Under the pieces are notes generated by a model. The model saw nothing but the letters and a program-made list of their open reading frames with translations. It did no database searches and was not told the DNA's origin. A DNA stretch of 43,502 nt, counting the filler, from Jimgerdemannia flammicorona (Eukaryota), in assembly GCA_003990765.1 (NCBI GenBank). It is 2 parts of 2 records of this genome, joined end to end, with 100 filler letters (N's around TTAATTAATTAA, not from the genome) between each part and the next. Parts side by side here need not be neighbours in the genome. Positions count along the whole stretch, not along the records: positions 21,807 to 43,502 come from RBNJ01001409.1; 1 more part is not named here. The stretch is one strand, 5' to 3'. Positions 37,301 to 43,502 of this stretch are shown one piece after another. Position numbers and translations under genes: made by a program. Every line of letters starts with the position of its first letter. The first letter of the stretch is position 1.

Positions 37301-40300
37301 AAGCGTTGACCCAAGTGCGACGTTTGAAAATGTTGTTAGAGTGCGAAAGTTCCGCTTCGAGCAACATGGCTGTTTTTACGCACACTCTGAAGCTTGTTCG
37401 TTTTGTCTGATATACGCACAATACTACGGAGCATGTTCAACACCGCCTGTTGGTGAGATGTTCTCGTCTCGGATGAGGGCACTCCCGCACACAGTATCTC
37501 TAGCTCTGCCTCGATACGATCCTCGCGAACGTTGCACCACATGGATAGAACCTCAGCTTTGGTGAGCCTCTTCCATTTTAAAGGTGTCACATATGGTCCC
37601 GAAGACTGACGAAAGGTGTCCAAAGCTGCGGAAATTTTTCCCGCAACGTCATTTACTGTGAGTGTATGTGCTGTCCTAGTATTGATGCCAATCAATTCGG
37701 TCAAGTGTGGCGCTATCACAGTTTTGCCTTTGCCTTTGTTAGTATTACTGGCTGAAGCATCAAGAAAATTCGATATCGTCCCCAGAAACACATTCATGAA
37801 CGTGTGCGATTCCACAAATGCTGCGACCTCCTGTGAAATTTGCAAAAGGTTCTGGAAGTCATCCCATTGCGTTTCCAAGCGTATGTCGGCCAACGTCAAG
37901 CACGAGAATCCCTCTCTCATGTTTTTCAAGCGATCTAAATGGTCTTCAGCGTCCCCAACAATCCAGATTTCGGCCTCCGATGTCGCCTCGCCAAAAGATG
38001 CCGCCGTTTTCAAAGGTTTCGCTGTCACCACTGTATCAGAAGCTGTGTCGTGTGCTGCATTACTTTTTCCCATCAACGAAGATCGCGTCGATCGCCTGAA
38101 TAGCTCCCAGGCTGAAGGAGCTTCCATACAAAAACGGGTGATAATTCGTTCAAGTAGCACCCAACGCCGTATATGAGTGTCGGGCAAGGCGTGCGCCTCC
38201 GCAAGTATCTCGCTTGTCACAGCAGAATTTTTGTCACCATCGTCGCTCGTGATCATCCTGGATATACTACACTCCAAAAGTTGAAGTAGCTTAGCATCAG
38301 GGATACTCTGGATGGTTTCGCGAAGCAGTTGCATCGGAATAGACCCATCAATGATCATTTTGTGAAGGACGGCAAGGCATTCACGGGCTGCTTGAAGTCG
38401 CGGATGGTTATGAATACGAGAGACAGATCCAGTCGCTCGGAAAAGCAAGATCCATAATTCGGCGTTATTGAGCAACACCTCGAACATACGCTTGTATTCG
38501 CTGCTGCCGATGGTTTTTGGAGACTCGGAATCTTTGGCTACGGACCAGGTTGATTTGGATGTCGGGTTATGTTGGATGATAGGTGCGCTTTGGTCCAAAA
38601 GATAACATACAACATCTTCGGACAGCCTAATTTATGGAACGAAAAACAAATTAATATCTTTTACAGTTATCGCAGTCGAAATTGGCCTAAATTGATGCTT
38701 ACTGATGTTGAACATGTAATTTCTGCATGTTGCTCGAACACACTTGCTGAAACCTTGTCAAAAGTCGGTTGTTCCACTCGCGGTAAGCAGTTACTGGCGA
38801 ATTTTCCGTAATTCTAGCTGGAACTGGCCCTGTTTCATTAAATCCACCAGTCGTATCCACATTAATGTTGGCTGAAGTCCCATCCACACCGGTAATTTTC
38901 CCCAACATAGCCATCTGATACGCCCCTGGAACGCATTCTGGCTGCAAATGTCCAATTTTAGTCGTTGCAACACACAGAAGATCCTCTGACATAGACTTGA
39001 CACGCATTTGCGCAATGAGAAGGAGATCATTCTGGACGAGGATGGCTTTGATATGGTGTGCATCGACAAGAGGTTGCAAGGCGGTAAGTATTCGGGACAG
39101 CCACAGAAAGCTCCAAAAAACTTCATTGTCTGACGACCCATGTCCGTGGCAAATGTTGAAATTGTCGGTCTTGCTACTTTCACTGCCGTAGGTATCAACA
39201 ACATTTTTATCAATTGACTTGGCGAAAGTGTTGTTGAGCGGCGGTGATATGCGCGTTGGAACTGCTGGTGTTTGAGTCAGATCGCTTGAAAGAAGTTTCT
39301 TAAACCACGGAACACAGTACTGAAGCAGGTCTTGAAATCCCTGTGCTAGCGTTGACCATTGAGGCTCCGACATTGATGGCGAGCCGTGTCGATTTTGCAT
39401 GAGTATTTTTACTTCCAAGAAATGACGAAGCAATTCCGGGAAAGCGGCAAGTAAGACGAAGTCATGAACTTGATGAATATGCTTCATTGCTTGAGTAATA
39501 TAGATCCACGGATCTGACTTGCTATCAGTCTTAGGCGCTGGATCCTGCAACGGGTCGGTACCTGTACGAGCGAGGGCCACCTTTTTCGTGTGCCACCATA
39601 TAAAAATATAGTTAGATAGTGTATTCATTGCAACTTTTTTTTATACTATATATATATATAACTTACCGGAAATAACTCTTCGTCGATAATCAACTGCACG
39701 ACTTCGTCAACAAGCGGCACCGTCCATCGCATATTTTGATTCTCAAGAATATTCAGCACACGCTTGCGGAACACGGAAGGCCCAAGGAATGTTCGTAAAT
39801 TGTCCGGGAGGCTCTCCAAAGTAGGCCTGAGCGAGAGGATTTCGTAGCGATCGATTATAATACGCACTCTCGCTTCGAAGTGTGTATACAAGCTATCTTG
39901 GTGGCCTTCGTTGGTACCGAATGTCGCATGGATCTTTAGGTAATTTTCATACAGGTACAAAAGTGACTCCATGGTGGAAGCACAGGAGATGAGGATCTGC
40001 GCCAGCGACATGATAACACTCGTCAGTGAAAGTCATTTGATTGCGCGTGAAATTATTCAAATATGTAATAACAACAATCTCTCACCTTTATAAGTTGCTT
40101 ATATTCATTTTGAAATTTGGCGGGCATTGTCTCCAGGGACTTCAGCGTCGGCACAATACAGTAATTCAACCTCTCCAGAAAAACCGGATGCTCACACTTT
40201 TTGTACACGCATGACTCCAGTGTATCTAACAACCGTTGTAGCAGCTCGTCGTGAATCGTATGTCCAACACCATCACCGCCAATGACCCGGATACTTGCAT

Positions 40301-41822
40301 CGGATGTAATTGTGGTCAATCGGAAGGCGAACATCCACTCTAATTGGTTTAGTTTCTCTGTCCTATAAAACTCGCTGTTGTGACGGATAAGGGTGGCAAT
40401 TCCATCTGCGTAATTTCTCCAAAGATCCTTGGGTATTTGCGATTGAAGATCCGTAAAACGTGAGGTGCGAATGTCATCGCTAACTTGATGGACGAGAATA
40501 GACAACAGCGAAGTCGACGGGAATTCCGCTGGCAGAGTTACAGTCGACTTTGTTGTCGATTGCGCATAACGTCCCAGAATGATGCATAGGAAGACGAATG
40601 GAGGTATATTGTCGAACGAGATCGAGGTGGGTGACTTTGTTTTGGCTGACCGGTTTTTGGTGCCGGAGTCGTTATCCTTCAGATTACAGATTTCGAATGC
40701 AAGAGCGCGACTGAGATCTACTTTTGACATGACCGTTTGGACGAAGTCGGGCTGAGCTTGACGTAAGATGCTGAAGGCCGTAAGCTTGTAATCAAATGTA
40801 GTATCGGGGTCCATAACTATGTCACGGATGAAGGTACATCTTGACAACTCGTTCCGGCGTTTCTCAGAAGAGCCCAATTTTGGTTTCCACATGTCGAATT
40901 GGCATTCGCAGAAGGTCATTTCTCGATTGTCGTTAGGATCTTCGCCTTCAAATTCTACGCGAGATTGGGATTGTACGACATACTTGTACTGTATTTGACA
41001 GGATCCATTACCGCCCTCCAGATTGTTGACGAGTTTGATGCGCACTGTATCGGATGCCCAGTGCCTGGATCGGGGGCTGACTTGGTGAAGGCGTACTTTG
41101 ATGTCAGATTTCCAAGAGCCTAGTTCCTCTACGTTCCCAACGACGCCGATTATCGGAGTGCCTCGAATACTGTCTGCGGGTATGTGTACGTGGAAGACAG
41201 TCGTAATGGAGGGTACCTTTTCGTCGGCATAAACGTCATTTTGGCCTGCATTTTCAAGTCCGTCGGATGACGAAGTTCCAAGTAAGCGGCCCAGGCCTCC
41301 GACGAACGACTTCGCAAGGTCCTTCAAATTGGGTGCGGCTGACTTGGAAATGGTATGGCCCGAGTTGTCCTCTTTTACACTGTTGCTGTGATGACTTGGA
41401 AGCTGTTTGATCGAGATTGTACCGCGCTGTTGGTATTGATCCGGCGGCGTAAGAGCCGTATGAGTGTAAGACGCGGTGTTGGAGTCGTCTTTTCCCATAC
41501 CAGCGCTGGGAGATTGTTCGACGAGGACAGACTGTTGGTCCAACCAGGTTGTTTCGGATGTCCTGGGGCCATCGGAAATGTCACCACCATCGTTGTCCAA
41601 ATTTGTGCTGCGCGGTTGGTTTTGGTCTTGGGGAGCGGGAGCCGTATTAGTAGAAGCCGTGCTTTCGGAGTTCTCTTCTCCCATTGCAAGATACTCTTCG
41701 ATATCTGCATATTGGTCGTCTAACAAGACTGGGTCGGGCGTTCTTGTCGCATCGGAAACATCCCTTTCAGCTTGTTTCGAATCGTCGTTGTCGCCACCGC
41801 CATTGTGTTTTATTTCAGTCAT
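25342..41822 (-). CDS. RNF213: RNF213 (mysterin)-like giant AAA+ ATPase / RZ-finger E3 ubiquitin ligase, 14 exons, ~5,095 aa
   Basis: Hand-built exons: 41822-40086, 39996-39667, 39580-38703, 38626-37384, 37271-34260, 34117-33875, 33775-32999, 32928-32779, 32690-32422, 32336-31876, 31798-27979, 27893-26913, 26805-25527, 25449-25342. All GT-AG with matching phases; total 15,288 nt, divisible by 3. RNF213 motifs: DNLLKM, GEAGCGKT, VFWDEVNT, AACNPYR, VSLRDVKR, NEALLENV, GAPGSSKS, LLDEIGLAE, PLKVLH, IGISNWRLD, GLRDYY, RNFGG, YGSLYDLWNQNY, PLLNRFEKQ, RZ finger. Confidence 0.93.
27788..27893 (-). other. RZ finger (RNF213/ZNFX1 type), variant
   Basis: Start of exon 12, missed by the ORF track: WSCQCGYCYVVGECGKVKQESICPQCGSKIGGERY. 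Confidence 0.88.
31580..36000 (-). other. Dynein-like AAA+ core
   Basis: Degenerate P-loop SDLAGQSKT (~35445-35472). Active-type pairs GEAGCGK|T with VFWDE (34280-33960), and GAPGSSKS (~33075-33098) with LLDE (~32795-32806). Confidence 0.9.
40915..41207 (-). other. CBM20-like carbohydrate-binding domain of the RNF213-like protein
   Basis: VFHVHIP...VVGNVEELGSWK...HW...IQYKYVV...EFEG...DNR matches the CBM20 pattern (G..xLGxW, W, YKY, E, NR). Confidence 0.8.
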
Positions 41823-42916
41823 ACTGGCTGTCTAGGCTTGTTCACTTTGCTATAATGTGAAAGTTATTAGATGGCCGCAGTACATTTACATTAATAACGG
41901 AAGTAAGAGTAATTGACGACTATGTAGCAAGCTATCATCAATTTTTTGAAGGGATCTTAGAAGTGTTGTGGAATAAGATGTGTACGATTCTCAGGTACAT
42001 ACCAATATCTGTTATTTGCTTCACACTGGGTCACTCTTGCCGTTGAAATGTGATTACTTTGATGCCGTGGGTTTACAATCTTTTACTCGAAAGACGTGGT
42101 ATGTTCAACGAACAAAAGATGCGTTCACAAGTTGCCAAATGTCGTTCGACAGTAAATTGAAACTCAATTTGGGAAATTGCGTTTTTCGGATTTTCCTTTT
42201 TTGGATGCCAAGCCCTAACAAAGATCGCTTATTCACTTGTCTATATGCAGCAACTGCTATGGTCATGGGGTGTGCATAGAAAGTATAGAAAGTCCTCCAA
42301 GTTCTTGTCCTCGTCAAGTTGAGGATCGGCGTAAGGGAAAGTCGCCATTTCGATATTGGACAATGTGAACGGGTAATGCTGTCACCCAGTAGCAGGCCAA
42401 TACCCTGGCTTCCATAGTGATGTTGGACGAGTTTCCCACGGAAAGGTTTGTTTTAACGGGAAACGCCGGTTTGGCGTATTACGGGGAACCGGAAATCCAG
42501 AAGTAGGATGCACGGCAGTCATAAACAGGATTGTTGGATTTGGCCTCTCGAATTTAGCTATTGGAGCAAACTCAAATACATTCAAAGTGTCCTTCGCGTG
42601 AAATGTATGTGAGATGTGTTATGCTAAATCGGGTGTGCTGACGTAAGCTGGGTCGATGGGTTTGGTGAATATGGAAGCATGCGCTTCCCAGGCCCGCCAT
42701 TCGCGTAAAGTGAAGGGGCCGCACATTTATTGTTCCTCATCCAAGAGGGAAGGGCGGGATGGGTTGCGTAAACTGATTGCAGGAACTAACTAAGTATACA
42801 GGCGTAGTCTACGCGCTTGATTGTTAAGATGCGACGCGTACTCAGTCGCTAAGGGGGATATTACATATAATGCATACTGAAACGTTGCTAAGCTATTTGC
42901 CGCTGGCATCTTGCCG

Positions 42917-43053
42917 GGGAACTGAGACTAGGCTAACATTGCATAAGAAACAGCGCAACGGGAACTGAGACTAAGCTAAGATTGCATAAGAAACGGCGTG
43001 GCAGGAAACTGACATAAGCTAAGATTGCATGAAAGACCTGAAAGATTGCATGA
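42917..43053. repeat. ~43-bp direct repeat, three degenerate copies plus a partial copy
   Basis: gggaactgagactaggctaacattgcataagaaac at 42917 and a near-identical copy at 42960; a third, more diverged copy at ~43003. Confidence 0.8.
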
Positions 43054-43502
43054 TAGTGGTTTATCCGTGGCTTGCCGAAGTTTGGGCTACGTTCATAACT
43101 CTAAAAAGTCGTTATACGCAATAGATGTAGGCGCGGAGTGCCATAGGCTGGAAAAATTAAAAAGCACACACCAAGACAGAGGACACGTTGAGCGGACAAA
43201 ACAAGACGATTTGAACACAGCCTATTCTATCGGAACCCAGCTTCATCACAAAATCTACAAAATCCTGGTACCGAACATTGAGTACCATTGGGTATACTTG
43301 CGCCACATATATGTGACGTTGTTTATGATATTCTCCCCAAAAGTTGGCAAGATGCATGTAAATACGGTAAATGCGCTAGGTATTTCTCGCTTACATCATA
43401 CTGCATGTTTATATCATGCTGCATCTTCGTTCAACCAGAATACTAATCTCAGATCCTCAAGTTGTTACTTTGTAATGACACGGGTAACCAACGCTGGGGG
43501 GG

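Noticed and set aside
8828..41822. RNF213-like gene as transposon cargo or part of a TE-linked island
   Set aside because: The hAT closes at 21482 with its TSD, and the gene lies across an artificial linker.
25291..41835. Many plus-strand and alternate-frame ORFs over the large gene
   Set aside because: Shadow ORFs of the long coding exons, without motifs.
42105..42585. Possible upstream coding exons of the RNF213-like gene
   Set aside because: An in-frame TAG lies a few codons before the 41822 ATG, and these ORFs show no recognisable domain.

Overview
Eukaryotic, almost certainly fungal DNA: short GT-AG introns with CTAAC/CTGAC branch points. An early-diverging Mucoromycota-type host is inferred, not proven. 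The window is two similar-sized contigs (1-21706 and 21807-43502) joined by an artificial 100-bp N44-TTAATTAATTAA-N44 linker, so the halves are probably not neighbours. The left contig is a CpG-depleted, C>T/G>A-hypermutated stack of nested dead transposons. An old Gypsy gag was hit by an L1/Tx1-type LINE, which was hit by a second LINE and by a hAT element. The hAT carries a poly(A)-tailed minisatellite retroposon, a dUTPase-encoding Gypsy element with an extra ORF, and a 1.4-kb foldback. The right contig has normal CpG content and carries a 14-exon, ~5,100-aa RNF213 (mysterin)-like gene on the minus strand: CBM20-like domain, dynein-like AAA+ core, no recognisable RING, and a variant RZ finger. 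It also holds a frameshifted alpha/beta-hydrolase fragment.
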